64,000 nucleotides of DNA from Candidatus Omnitrophota bacterium. GTDB taxonomy: Bacteria > Omnitrophota > Gorgyraeia > JABMRN01 > RBG-13-46-9. Every line of letters starts with the position of its first letter. Positions within the stretch are counted from its first letter, which is position 1. The translations under genes and the position numbers were made by a program. The notes under the pieces are model-generated. The model saw only the letters and a list, made by a program, of their open reading frames with translations, searched no databases and was not told the DNA's origin. The DNA lies in the NCBI GenBank assembly GCA_016782425.1, contig JADHYN010000006.1, positions 2,190 to 66,189 of the forward strand, written 5' to 3'. Shown here piece by piece: positions 27,635-36,017 of the stretch.

Positions 27635-28674
27635 TGCGGCGCGCGATGAAAATACGCTACGAAATCGATCCCCACAACAGACTAGTTTTAAAATCCGGCA
27701 AACCTTCCCCGCTTAAAACATACCGCGCCGTCTTAGACGGGACGTTCAAAATCGACCGAAATAATTACCTCATCTATCATATCAAAAAACCCAGCCCCGT
27801 TAGATCGAGAACATCTAATGGGGCAAGCCCCGTTTTTTTAGACAAAAGACTCCCGCAACAAATAAAACTAAAGGGAAGCTGGTCACTGGCGAAAAATTAT
27901 AACCTGATCTATACCCTGGATAAATGGCAAAACCAGGTTTACGGAAACAGGCTCATATTAAAAAGCGGCTTCATGAATGCCGCAGAAGATAAGCTGATCT
28001 TCGCGTTAAAGAAAACTGAAGGCCGTCGTAAAGAACGTATCTATATCCTGGCTATTTCGGGTTCGTGGCATGCGGATAAATTTAACAGACTTACTTTTCT
28101 CGTTGAAAGAGAACCCCTCGGGCATAAGCCCATTGCGCTTAAAGCCGGATGGAAGGTAAATAAAAATAACGAGATTATCTACAGATACTGTAAAGAAGGA
28201 ATGATCCGTTCCGTGACGTTCAAGGGCCGCTGGGATATCATAAGAAAACACAGACTTTTCTATTCCCTGGATAAGAGCAAGGATTCCACCTTCGAGTTTA
28301 GAGTCGGCACGGCCTCTTACGACAAAAGAGGCAACCTACGATATCAGATCGGAATAGGCAGTTCGTATAGAAAAAGGTTGAAGGCAAGGCTGGTTACCCT
28401 TTTCGGAAAATGGAAAATAGATGATAAAACAGGCTTTATCTTTGAAATGTCCTACGGAAAGAATAAAATCCATTCCATCACATTCGGCGCTTCGATAAAA
28501 TTAAATAAAGATTATACGCTTGAAGTTGATTTAAAAGACAGGAAAAACCGCCCCCTCGGAATAAAATTCACCCTCTCCAGAACATTTTTTAAAAATCAGG
28601 CAAAGGCGTTCATAAGCCTCATAAAAGAAAGGTCAAAACTTACCGTAATCGCCGGTACTGGGTTCCTTTTTTGA
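27634..28674 (+). CDS. Hypothetical basic beta-repeat protein (seven repeats of about 45 aa); no signal peptide seen
   Basis: The ATG overlaps the queF TGA (TTGATG). The motif h-x-G-x-W-x-h-x4-N-x-L-I-Y-x-L recurs seven times (for example LKGSWSLAKNYNLIYTL, LKAGWKVNKNNEIIYRY, FKGRWDIIRKHRLFYSL). C-terminus is ...AGTGFLF. Confidence 0.6.
   Translation: MRRAMKIRYEIDPHNRLVLKSGKPSPLKTYRAVLDGTFKIDRNNYLIYHIKKPSPVRSRTSNGASPVFLDKRLPQQIKLKGSWSLAKNYNLIYTLDKWQNQVYGNRLILKSGFMNAAEDKLIFALKKTEGRRKERIYILAISGSWHADKFNRLTFLVEREPLGHKPIALKAGWKVNKNNEIIYRYCKEGMIRSVTFKGRWDIIRKHRLFYSLDKSKDSTFEFRVGTASYDKRGNLRYQIGIGSSYRKRLKARLVTLFGKWKIDDKTGFIFEMSYGKNKIHSITFGASIKLNKDYTLEVDLKDRKNRPLGIKFTLSRTFFKNQAKAFISLIKERSKLTVIAGTGFLF
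27794..27839 (+). repeat. In-frame intragenic copy of the CCCCGTTAGA hairpin, plus a terminator-like GGGGC-AA-GCCCC-GTTTTTTT
   Basis: GCCCCGTTAGAT-cgagaac-ATCTAATGGGGC: 12-bp stem with one G-U on the + strand. It encodes SPVRSRTSNGASPVFL, between repeat 1 and repeat 2 of the protein. Confidence 0.75.
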
Positions 28675-28688
28675 TTCGGTTTTTTATA

Positions 28689-28717
28689 TTGCACGCGTAT
28701 TTAATATATGATAATAT
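28689..28717 (+). promoter_or_regulatory. Sigma70-like promoter candidate TTGCAC-17 nt-TAATAT
   Basis: Lies in the 55-nt spacer. The -10 ends 12 nt before the ATG at 28730 and there is no SD, so the leader would be very short. Confidence 0.4.
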
Positions 28718-28729
28718 ATTACCCTATCA

Positions 28730-29623
28730 ATGAAGATTAAGACCAAGCGCTATTACTTGTATTATCTCGCCGCGATAAGCGGCTTTATCATTGCCATTCT
28801 TCCCTTGAGGCTGGGATTGTATCTTGCGAATCTGGCCGGAGGAATAGTCTTCGCGGTTGCGGGAAAAGAACGCAAGGAAGCGCTTAATAATCTTAGAAGC
28901 TCCTTTCCGGAAAAAAGCGATTCGGAAATCGAGGAGATCGCGAAAAAGGTTTTTTCTAACCTCTGCAAAAATGCCGTAGAATTAATAAACACATATAAAT
29001 TAAACCGAAAAAACCTGGACAGGTGGATAAAAACAGAAGACCTTGAAAAGGCAGAACGCGCTCTTTCAAAAGGAAATGGTATCATTATACTTGCTTCGCA
29101 TTTCGGAAATTGGGAACTCCTATCTTTTTGTTTTACACTAAGAAATCATGCGACTAGCGTTATTGCTCGCCGGATATACTTTGATAAATACGAGCATTTT
29201 ATAAACAGGGTAAGACGTTCCAAGGGTGTTAAAGTTATCTACAGGGATGAGTCACCCAGAAAGATTTTAAAGGCTCTGAAGAATAACGAAGTGTTAGGGA
29301 TTTTGGCTGATCAGGATATCGATAGTGTCGATGGCGTTTTTGTGGATTTTTTCGGAAAACCGGCATATACGCCGAAAGCCCCGGTAGCCCTTGCGTTTGC
29401 AAGCGGAGCGCCGCTAGTGCCCGCTTTTGTGGTAAGAGAGGGAAATAGCCGTAGGCTTGTTATCGGAGACGAAATCAATCTGGTAGAGAAGTCTAACAAG
29501 GAAGAAACAATTAAATTTAATACCCAGCGGTGGTCGCGTATCGTGGAATCTTTTATAAGAAAATATCCAGAGCAGTGGGTTTGGATGCATAGAAGGTGGA
29601 AGACAAAGCCGGATGGTCGTTAA
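28730..29623 (+). CDS. LpxL/LpxM-type lipid A late acyltransferase (second paralogue)
   Basis: HFGNWELLS, ADQD and YPEQWVWMHRRWK motifs. N-terminal TM helix. Confidence 0.8.
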   Translation: MKIKTKRYYLYYLAAISGFIIAILPLRLGLYLANLAGGIVFAVAGKERKEALNNLRSSFPEKSDSEIEEIAKKVFSNLCKNAVELINTYKLNRKNLDRWIKTEDLEKAERALSKGNGIIILASHFGNWELLSFCFTLRNHATSVIARRIYFDKYEHFINRVRRSKGVKVIYRDESPRKILKALKNNEVLGILADQDIDSVDGVFVDFFGKPAYTPKAPVALAFASGAPLVPAFVVREGNSRRLVIGDEINLVEKSNKEETIKFNTQRWSRIVESFIRKYPEQWVWMHRRWKTKPDGR

Positions 29624-29626
29624 AAA

Positions 29627-30418
29627 ATGAAGCTTTTGAAGAACCGGAAAATATTGTTCGTGGCGATTTTGGCAACCCTTATCGCGGTAAACGGGTTTTT
29701 CAAAAGAGAACATGTTCCCGTTGCCCCAAAAGTCGAAAATGAAAGTTTGAAAGAATCTCTCTCGGAAATCAAACAGGAAGTGTATTCTTTCAAGGTAGAG
29801 GGTTTCAACAAGGATAAAAAAGTGGAGTGGGAACTTGAAGGCGAATCAGCCACCGTCGTATTTGACAAGATTAACATAAAGAACCTGAAAGCGGTGTATC
29901 ACGGTAATGAGGTGACGTTCGAACTTTTTGCCGACACGGCAGTTTACGACAAGAAGACACAGGATATAGAGTTGAAAGACAATATTGTCGGTAGAAGCTC
30001 GGACGGCGGCGAACTCGTCACCGATTTTGCAAAATGGAGCACCAAAAAAGAGGAAATCACCACCGACTCGTACGTTATCGTTAAAAGGGAAAACCTAATT
30101 TGCAGGGGAAAGGGGCTCGTCACAAGGCCCCGCTTTAAATGGGTATCGTTTAACGCAGAGATCGAAGTGGATTTCGGCGAGGACAAAAAAATCACCTGCA
30201 ACGGTCCTTTTGAAATAGACCACGAAAAAAATATAGCGATTTTTAATAACAATGTCAAAGTTGCCGATAAAGATAGCGACATGTTTAGCGATAAGCTCAC
30301 CGTTTTTTTCGATCCCCAGACCAACGAGGTCAAACGCGTTGTTACCGAAGGCAACGTAAAAGTGACGCACAGGGGTCCTGTCGAGGATATAGGGAATATA
30401 GGAAAGGTTTCTTTTTAG
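29627..30418 (+). CDS. lptC: Membrane-anchored LptC/LptA (OstA-like beta-jellyroll) LPS-transport protein
   Basis: N-terminal anchor ILFVAILATLIAV. LptC-like core followed by LptA-like IFNNNVKV...SDKLTVFF...TEGNVKVTH. Directly upstream of lptB. Confidence 0.6.
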   Translation: MKLLKNRKILFVAILATLIAVNGFFKREHVPVAPKVENESLKESLSEIKQEVYSFKVEGFNKDKKVEWELEGESATVVFDKINIKNLKAVYHGNEVTFELFADTAVYDKKTQDIELKDNIVGRSSDGGELVTDFAKWSTKKEEITTDSYVIVKRENLICRGKGLVTRPRFKWVSFNAEIEVDFGEDKKITCNGPFEIDHEKNIAIFNNNVKVADKDSDMFSDKLTVFFDPQTNEVKRVVTEGNVKVTHRGPVEDIGNIGKVSF

Positions 30419-30420
30419 CC

Positions 30421-31143
30421 ATGCATTTACTGGAAATAGAGGGGTTGGTAAAAGAATATTCAGGAAGGCGCGTTGTAGACGGCGTGAATATAAATGTAAA
30501 ACGCGGCGAGATAGTAGGGCTTCTCGGGCCGAACGGCGCCGGAAAAACAACCACTTTTTACATGGTAACGGGCATAATTCCTCCCCAGAGCGGTAAGATT
30601 ATCTTTGACAAAAAAGATATAACAAACATGTCGATGCACCGCAGGGCAAGAAGCGGCATCGGCTATCTTTCCCAGGAACCGTCCATTTTCAGAAAGCTTA
30701 CCGTTGAGGAGAACATAATGGCGATCTTGGAGACGCTTGACTTCCCCCGGAAGGAGCGGAAAAACCGCCTGGACGAACTTCTGGAAGAGCTTAAAATATC
30801 CCATTTAAGAAAAAGTAAGGCCTATACCCTCTCCGGAGGAGAGCGAAGGCGCCTCGAAGTAACACGCGCCCTTGTAACGAATCCCATGTTTATATTGCTG
30901 GACGAGCCGTTCAGCGGAATCGATCCAATCGCTGTTTACGATTGCCAGGAGGTAATCAAGGAATTAAAGGAGAAAAATCTGGGAATACTCCTGACGGATC
31001 ACAACGTCAGGGAAACGCTCGTCATCACGGACCGATCCTACCTGATGTCCGAGGGGAAAATTCTGATATCCGGCACCAAGGACGAGCTTATTACCAATCC
31101 CAAGGCCAGAGAGATATATCTTGGCGAAAAATTTACTATGTGA
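30421..31143 (+). CDS. lptB: LPS export ABC transporter ATP-binding protein
   Basis: GLLGPNGAGKTT Walker A, LSGGERRRLEVTRAL signature, ILLDEPFSGIDP Walker B. Confidence 0.9.
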   Translation: MHLLEIEGLVKEYSGRRVVDGVNINVKRGEIVGLLGPNGAGKTTTFYMVTGIIPPQSGKIIFDKKDITNMSMHRRARSGIGYLSQEPSIFRKLTVEENIMAILETLDFPRKERKNRLDELLEELKISHLRKSKAYTLSGGERRRLEVTRALVTNPMFILLDEPFSGIDPIAVYDCQEVIKELKEKNLGILLTDHNVRETLVITDRSYLMSEGKILISGTKDELITNPKAREIYLGEKFTM

Positions 31144-31160
31144 TATACTACTAACTCGCT

Positions 31161-32435
31161 ATGAAAACACGCATAAAAAATTTAAATGATTGCATGAAAC
31201 TCTTTCAGGTTGAAATACCACATGATTTGGTCGAAAAGACGGCTAAAGAGGTGTACGGGGAAATAAAGAAAGTGGCCAAAATTCCCGGATTCCGCGTCGG
31301 TTCTGCGCCGCAGGATCTCTTGGAAAAGCACTACTCCAAAAATGCCGAAGAGGAAATCCTGAAAAAGTTGATTCCGGCCGGATACAGAAAGGCCCTGGAT
31401 GATCACAGGGCCGATCCCATCGGCCCTCCGCGCGTTTTTAACATCAATTTTCAAAAAGGAAAACCGCTTATTTTCGAGGCCGAGGTCGCCACAAGACCCG
31501 TCTTTAAACTAAAGAATTACAAGGGCATTAAGGTTACGAAAAAAAGGATCTCCGTTTCGCAGCAGGAAACTGACGAGTCATTTTCGCGCTTACGAAACAT
31601 GTATTCAAAATATAACGACCTCCAAGGACCCGTAAAGAAAGGCGATTACGTCGTTTGCGACGTGGAGGTATTCGCCAACGGTAAGCCCATAAGCAAGAAA
31701 AACAAAAGTATGTGGATATCGGCAGACAAAAACGCCTCTTTGCTCGGCATGGGCGAAGATCTCATAGGGCTCGCAAAAGGCCAGACGAAAGAAATCAAGA
31801 AGAAACTACCCGATAACTATCCTGATAAAAAATACGCGGGTAAACTCGCCAAATTCAAGATTCTGGTAAACGAGATCAAGGAAAAGAAGCTCCCGACGTT
31901 GGATGACGAGTTTGCCAAGAATCTTAATTCAGACAATCTGGAAACGCTAAAAAAAGAAGTAGAATCGCAGCTTTTGATGCGGAAAGAAAATGCGTTAAAA
32001 ATAAACATGCAAAACCAGATCCTGGAAAGGCTTCTCAAGGATGTTAGGTTCCAGGTACCGGCGGGTCTAGTGGGACGGCAGAAAGAAGTTTTTGTCAGAC
32101 GTCTGGAAACAGAACTTTTGCAAAAAGGCCTGCATAAAGACGACATAGAGAAGAAAATAAAGGAACTGGATCCAAAGCTCGAACAGAATGCCAGGGATAA
32201 GGTGCAGCTTTATTTTATCCTGGATTATATTGCCGTAAAAGAAAAAATAGAATTAAACGAGAAAGACATAAACGAGAGGCTAAAGGCAATTGCCATGTCT
32301 TTAGAGCAGTCCGCGGACGAGGTAAAAAAATATTACGAGAAAGAAAAACTCTTGGGCGGACTTGCCGAAGAGATAAAAGAGGGTAAGGTTTTGGAGTTTT
32401 TACTGAAAGAAGCGGAAATCAAAGAGGGAGGTTAA
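31161..32435 (+). CDS. tig: Trigger factor
   Basis: N-terminal ribosome-binding motif GFRVGSAP, a PPIase middle domain, tig-clpP synteny. Confidence 0.9.
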   Translation: MKTRIKNLNDCMKLFQVEIPHDLVEKTAKEVYGEIKKVAKIPGFRVGSAPQDLLEKHYSKNAEEEILKKLIPAGYRKALDDHRADPIGPPRVFNINFQKGKPLIFEAEVATRPVFKLKNYKGIKVTKKRISVSQQETDESFSRLRNMYSKYNDLQGPVKKGDYVVCDVEVFANGKPISKKNKSMWISADKNASLLGMGEDLIGLAKGQTKEIKKKLPDNYPDKKYAGKLAKFKILVNEIKEKKLPTLDDEFAKNLNSDNLETLKKEVESQLLMRKENALKINMQNQILERLLKDVRFQVPAGLVGRQKEVFVRRLETELLQKGLHKDDIEKKIKELDPKLEQNARDKVQLYFILDYIAVKEKIELNEKDINERLKAIAMSLEQSADEVKKYYEKEKLLGGLAEEIKEGKVLEFLLKEAEIKEGG

Positions 32436-32436
32436 C

Positions 32437-33033
32437 ATGAGTATACTAGTCCCCATGGTTATAGAACAGACCGGCAGAACAGAACGCGCATACGATATTT
32501 ATTCGAGACTCCTTAAAGACAGGATAGTTTTTATCGGCACACCTATTGACGACAACATAGCCAATATCATGATTGCGCAGCTACTTTTCCTGCAGATGGA
32601 GGATCCGGAGAAGGATATAGATGTTTACATAAACACCCCGGGCGGCCACGTGACAAGCGGCCTTGCAGTTTACGACACGATGCAATTTGTAAAACCGGAC
32701 GTGAATACATATTGCGTCGGCCAGGCGACCAGCATGGGCGCATTACTTCTTGCCGCAGGCGCGAAAGGCAAACGTTACGCCCTTCCGCACGCTCGTATCA
32801 TGATACATCAGCCGTGGGGTGGAGTACAAGGGGCCGCCGCGGACATAAACATCCAGGCGAAGGAAATCCTAAGACTCAAGGAAAAGATCGAAAATATCCT
32901 CGCCAAGCACACAAAGCAGCCGATGGAAAAAATAAAAAAGGACACAGACAGGGACTATTTCATGTCTCCGGAAGAAGCCAGAGACTACGGCATCGTGGAC
33001 GAAGTAATCGCATCGATTAAGAAGAAGAAGTAG
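32437..33033 (+). CDS. clpP: ATP-dependent Clp protease proteolytic subunit
   Basis: [31 protein letters not shown] (active-site Ser), RIMIHQP. Confidence 0.95.
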   Translation: MSILVPMVIEQTGRTERAYDIYSRLLKDRIVFIGTPIDDNIANIMIAQLLFLQMEDPEKDIDVYINTPGGHVTSGLAVYDTMQFVKPDVNTYCVGQATSMGALLLAAGAKGKRYALPHARIMIHQPWGGVQGAAADINIQAKEILRLKEKIENILAKHTKQPMEKIKKDTDRDYFMSPEEARDYGIVDEVIASIKKKK

Positions 33034-33057
33034 CTATAAGCTTTAAGCTATAAGCTT
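33031..33057 (+). repeat. Tandem AAGCTATAAGCTT direct repeat starting in the clpP stop codon
   Basis: TAGCTATAAGCTT-TAAGCTATAAGCTT. Member of the AAGCTATA(A/G)G family that recurs between 33 and 49 kb. Confidence 0.7.
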
Positions 33058-33071
33058 GGAGGAAGACAAAT

Positions 33072-34160
33072 ATGGGAGAAAAACGTTATCTGCTAACCCC
33101 CGGACCGACGCCTGTTCCGGATGAAATTATAAAAGCCATGGCTCAGCCTATAATTCACCACAGGACGCCGCAATACAGGGATATCGCCAAGACCGTAAAT
33201 GAGGGCCTCAAGAAAATTTTTAAAACCGACAACAATGTGTTAACATTTACCTCAAGCGGTACTGGCGCGATGGAAGCAAGCGTTATTAATACGCTTTCGC
33301 GGGGGGATACGGCGATCGTGGTAAGGGGTGGAAAATTCGGCGAGAGATTTACCGAAATATGCACCGCCTACGGCGTAAAAGCAGTTCCTATTGACATAGA
33401 ATGGGGTAGAGGGCCGGAACCTCAAGCGATAGAAGAGGCCCTTAAAAAAGCTCCCAACGCTAAGGCTCTTTTTATGCAGCTATGCGAGACATCCACCGCT
33501 ACGGTATACGACGTCAAATCGATAGGGAACATTACAGGAAAGACTGGTGCCATTTTGATAGTGGATGCGATAAGCGGCCTCGGAGCAGACGAATTTAACA
33601 TGGACACATGGGGTGTCGACATAGCAATCGGCGGCTCGCAAAAAGCATTCATGATTCCGCCGGGTCTTTCTTTTACCGCCATAAGCAAAAAAGCGTGGAA
33701 CTTAGTAAGGCAATCAAATCTTCCGAAGTACTATTACGATTTTAACAAGTATGAACGACTTATGGAGAAATCAGACAGCCCGTGGACGCCGGCCATAACG
33801 CTTATGATAGGTTTGGAGAAGGCGATTTCCATGATTTTAGAAGAGGGAGTGGATAAATTTGTCGAAAGGCATAAACTCGACGCGGAATTTGTCCGGAAAA
33901 CCGTAAAGGATATGGGGCTTGAACTTTTTTCTAAATTCCCGTCGAATGCCGTTACAGCCGTAAAAGTTCCCAAGGACATCGATACCTCAAAGTTAATCAA
34001 ATCACTCAAGTCCGAAGGCGTTACGTTTGCGGGCGGACAGGGCGAGCTGAAAGGAAAAATTTTCAGAATCGCGCACATGGGAGGAATCGCAAGAAAAGAT
34101 CTGGAACACGCACTTGCGAAATTAAAAGAGGTGCTTAAGAAAGAAGACGTAAAACTCTAG
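33072..34160 (+). CDS. Class V aminotransferase (AGXT/serine-pyruvate family; probable phosphoserine aminotransferase role given the adjacent serA)
   Basis: LLTPGPTPVPDEI N-terminus and GGSQKAFMIPPGLSF (PLP Lys). Upstream of serA. Confidence 0.8.
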   Translation: MGEKRYLLTPGPTPVPDEIIKAMAQPIIHHRTPQYRDIAKTVNEGLKKIFKTDNNVLTFTSSGTGAMEASVINTLSRGDTAIVVRGGKFGERFTEICTAYGVKAVPIDIEWGRGPEPQAIEEALKKAPNAKALFMQLCETSTATVYDVKSIGNITGKTGAILIVDAISGLGADEFNMDTWGVDIAIGGSQKAFMIPPGLSFTAISKKAWNLVRQSNLPKYYYDFNKYERLMEKSDSPWTPAITLMIGLEKAISMILEEGVDKFVERHKLDAEFVRKTVKDMGLELFSKFPSNAVTAVKVPKDIDTSKLIKSLKSEGVTFAGGQGELKGKIFRIAHMGGIARKDLEHALAKLKEVLKKEDVKL

Positions 34161-34196
34161 GCGGAAATAACAAAATAAATTCACCGGAGGTTATAA

Positions 34197-35783
34197 ATGG
34201 CGATAAAGATACTAATAAGCGATCCGTTGGCGGAAGAAGGTATAGCTATACTGAAAAAAGAGAAGAGTTTCAGGGTAGACACGAAATACAAGCTGCCTCC
34301 CGATGAACTCAAGAAGATTATTCCGGAATACAACGTCCTTATCGTGCGAAGCCAGACAAAGGTTACAAAAGATATACTAAAGCACGCGAAAAAACTTAAG
34401 CTTATCGGAAGAGCCGGAGTCGGACTTGATAACATAGACGTGAACGAAGCTTCCAAGAAAGGCATCATTGTCATGAACGCCCCTGGCGGAAATACGACTT
34501 CGACTGCAGAACACACCCTTTCGTTACTATTGTCGCTGGCACGGAATATACCCCAGGCGAATTCCTCCCTTAAAAAAGGCGAGTGGAACAGGAAGAAATT
34601 CATGGGGGTGGAACTCTACGGGAAGACCCTGGGAATCATAGGATTCGGCCGGATTGGAACGGACGTGGCGAGGCATGCCTTAAGTTTTAAAATGAAGGTA
34701 ATAACATACGACCCATTTTTGATTGACGAAAAGGCTAAATCCCTGGGCATCGAACCGGTAAGCCTAGACGTACTATTTAAAAGATCGGATTTTATAACTG
34801 TACACACCCCCCTTACGGATGACACCTATCATATGATAGGTGAAAAAGCGTTTAAAAAAATGAAAAAAGGTATCCGGATCATAAATTGTGCAAGGGGCGG
34901 TATCGTAGACGAAAAAGCCCTTGTTAAAGCGATAGAAGCCGGCGTCGTGGCGGGCGCTGCTCTGGATGCGTATGAAAAAGAACCGCCGGGACAGAGTAAG
35001 CTCGTCCAGATGGATAAAGTCGTGACAACCCCGCATCTTGGAGCCTCAACGGAGGAGGCACAAATCAACGTCGCTATCGACATAGCGCACAGTATAACAG
35101 ATGCCCTTATCAAGAGGAGTATCCGCAATGCCGTTAATGCCCCTTCCATAGGGCCCGAACTCCTGGAAGTTATTGAACCATACCTCTCCCTCGCCGAAAA
35201 AATGGGTAGCATGCATGCCCAGCTTGCGGAAGGCCGCATCAAAAAGGTAAAAATAAAATATGTCGGCGATGTAGTAAAATATGACGTGAGCCACATCACG
35301 CGTTCCATCGTGAAGGGAATGCTTAAACCCGTGTTGGAGGAGAGCGTAAATTACGTCAACGCCCTCGTCATCGCGCGCGAAAGAGGTATTAAAATCAACG
35401 AAGGAAAAACAGAAGAGATCGAGGATTTTGCGAATCTCATAGCCATCGAGGTGGAAACCGATAAAATAAAAAACTCCATAGTTGGAACGCTCTTTACGAA
35501 AATCGATCCGCGCATTATAAAAATAAATCAGCTTTACGTTGACGCCGTTCCGGAGGGCCACATGCTTGTTATCTATAATCAGGATAAACCCGGAATAGTC
35601 GGCCAGATCGGAAGCGTCCTCGGCAAGAATAGCATAAACATTGCCGGCATGACCTTCGGCCGTGCCAAGCGAGGCGGAGCGGCTGTCACTGTTTTAAACG
35701 TCGACAGCGAAGTTCCCGAGAGTGTTTTGAATAAAATAAGAAAGGCAAAATATATAAAAGAGGTAATGCCCATAAAACTATAA
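34197..35783 (+). CDS. serA: D-3-phosphoglycerate dehydrogenase (long form with ASB and ACT domains)
   Basis: GIIGFGRIGTDVA NAD motif, HLGAST, and a C-terminal ACT domain (DKPGIVGQIGSVLG). Confidence 0.9.
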   Translation: MAIKILISDPLAEEGIAILKKEKSFRVDTKYKLPPDELKKIIPEYNVLIVRSQTKVTKDILKHAKKLKLIGRAGVGLDNIDVNEASKKGIIVMNAPGGNTTSTAEHTLSLLLSLARNIPQANSSLKKGEWNRKKFMGVELYGKTLGIIGFGRIGTDVARHALSFKMKVITYDPFLIDEKAKSLGIEPVSLDVLFKRSDFITVHTPLTDDTYHMIGEKAFKKMKKGIRIINCARGGIVDEKALVKAIEAGVVAGAALDAYEKEPPGQSKLVQMDKVVTTPHLGASTEEAQINVAIDIAHSITDALIKRSIRNAVNAPSIGPELLEVIEPYLSLAEKMGSMHAQLAEGRIKKVKIKYVGDVVKYDVSHITRSIVKGMLKPVLEESVNYVNALVIARERGIKINEGKTEEIEDFANLIAIEVETDKIKNSIVGTLFTKIDPRIIKINQLYVDAVPEGHMLVIYNQDKPGIVGQIGSVLGKNSINIAGMTFGRAKRGGAAVTVLNVDSEVPESVLNKIRKAKYIKEVMPIKL

Positions 35784-35788
35784 ATGAG

Positions 35789-35832
35789 GACACAACTTAT
35801 GGAGGCTGTAGGCCGACATAAGTTGTATGTCC
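35789..35832 (+). repeat. Post-stop element, copy 2 (GACACAACTTATGGAGGC-TGTAG-GCCGACATAAGTTGTATGTCC)
   Basis: Same core as 1414..1445. Here ACAACTTATG / CATAAGTTGT close into a hairpin. It starts 5 nt after the serA stop. Confidence 0.75.
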
Positions 35833-35838
35833 GAATTT

Positions 35839-35997
35839 ACCCCACACCCAGGAACTCAAAATGGGTAGAAGGCACATAGCTATAGGCAATAGTAAATAAT
35901 ATTAAAAAAAATATATTTATATATGTCTACTTTTACAAAAAATTCTTCTGACGGAATCTACAAAAGAATTTTTTGTATGAGTTCCTGGGTGTGGGGT
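35839..35997. repeat. 20-bp perfect inverted repeat ACCCCACACCCAGGAACTCA / TGAGTTCCTGGGTGTGGGGT bracketing 119 nt of AT-rich cargo
   Basis: The arms are at 35839..35858 and 35978..35997. The cargo holds a 14-bp hairpin (35934..35947 / 35964..35977) and a weaker one (GTAGA...TCTAC, 35865..35930). Related termini occur at 60777..60882 and 63390..63409. Confidence 0.8.
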
Positions 35998-36017
35998 CAT
36001 TAAAAAAAGGTGAGAAT

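Noticed and set aside
35859-35900. Tiny ORFs inside the inverted-repeat cargos (ATG 35861 MGRRHIAIGNSK; TTG 60796 LGGMQMLANEFYKCKF) as possible toxic peptides or type I toxins.
   Set aside because: They are 12-16 codons long with no RBS at proper spacing and no hydrophobic helix typical of type I toxins. The two peptides are not similar beyond the first Gly codon.
35973-36017. Upstream alternative starts from the ORF track for the HMGL gene (TTG 35973), ispH (ATG 60867), nusA (49619), the GT4-GT9 gene (13885) and the GT4 gene (TTG 16068).
   Set aside because: The extensions run through inverted-repeat elements or the upstream gene and add non-homologous residues. The downstream ATGs give canonical N-termini, and several are preceded by an RBS-like sequence.
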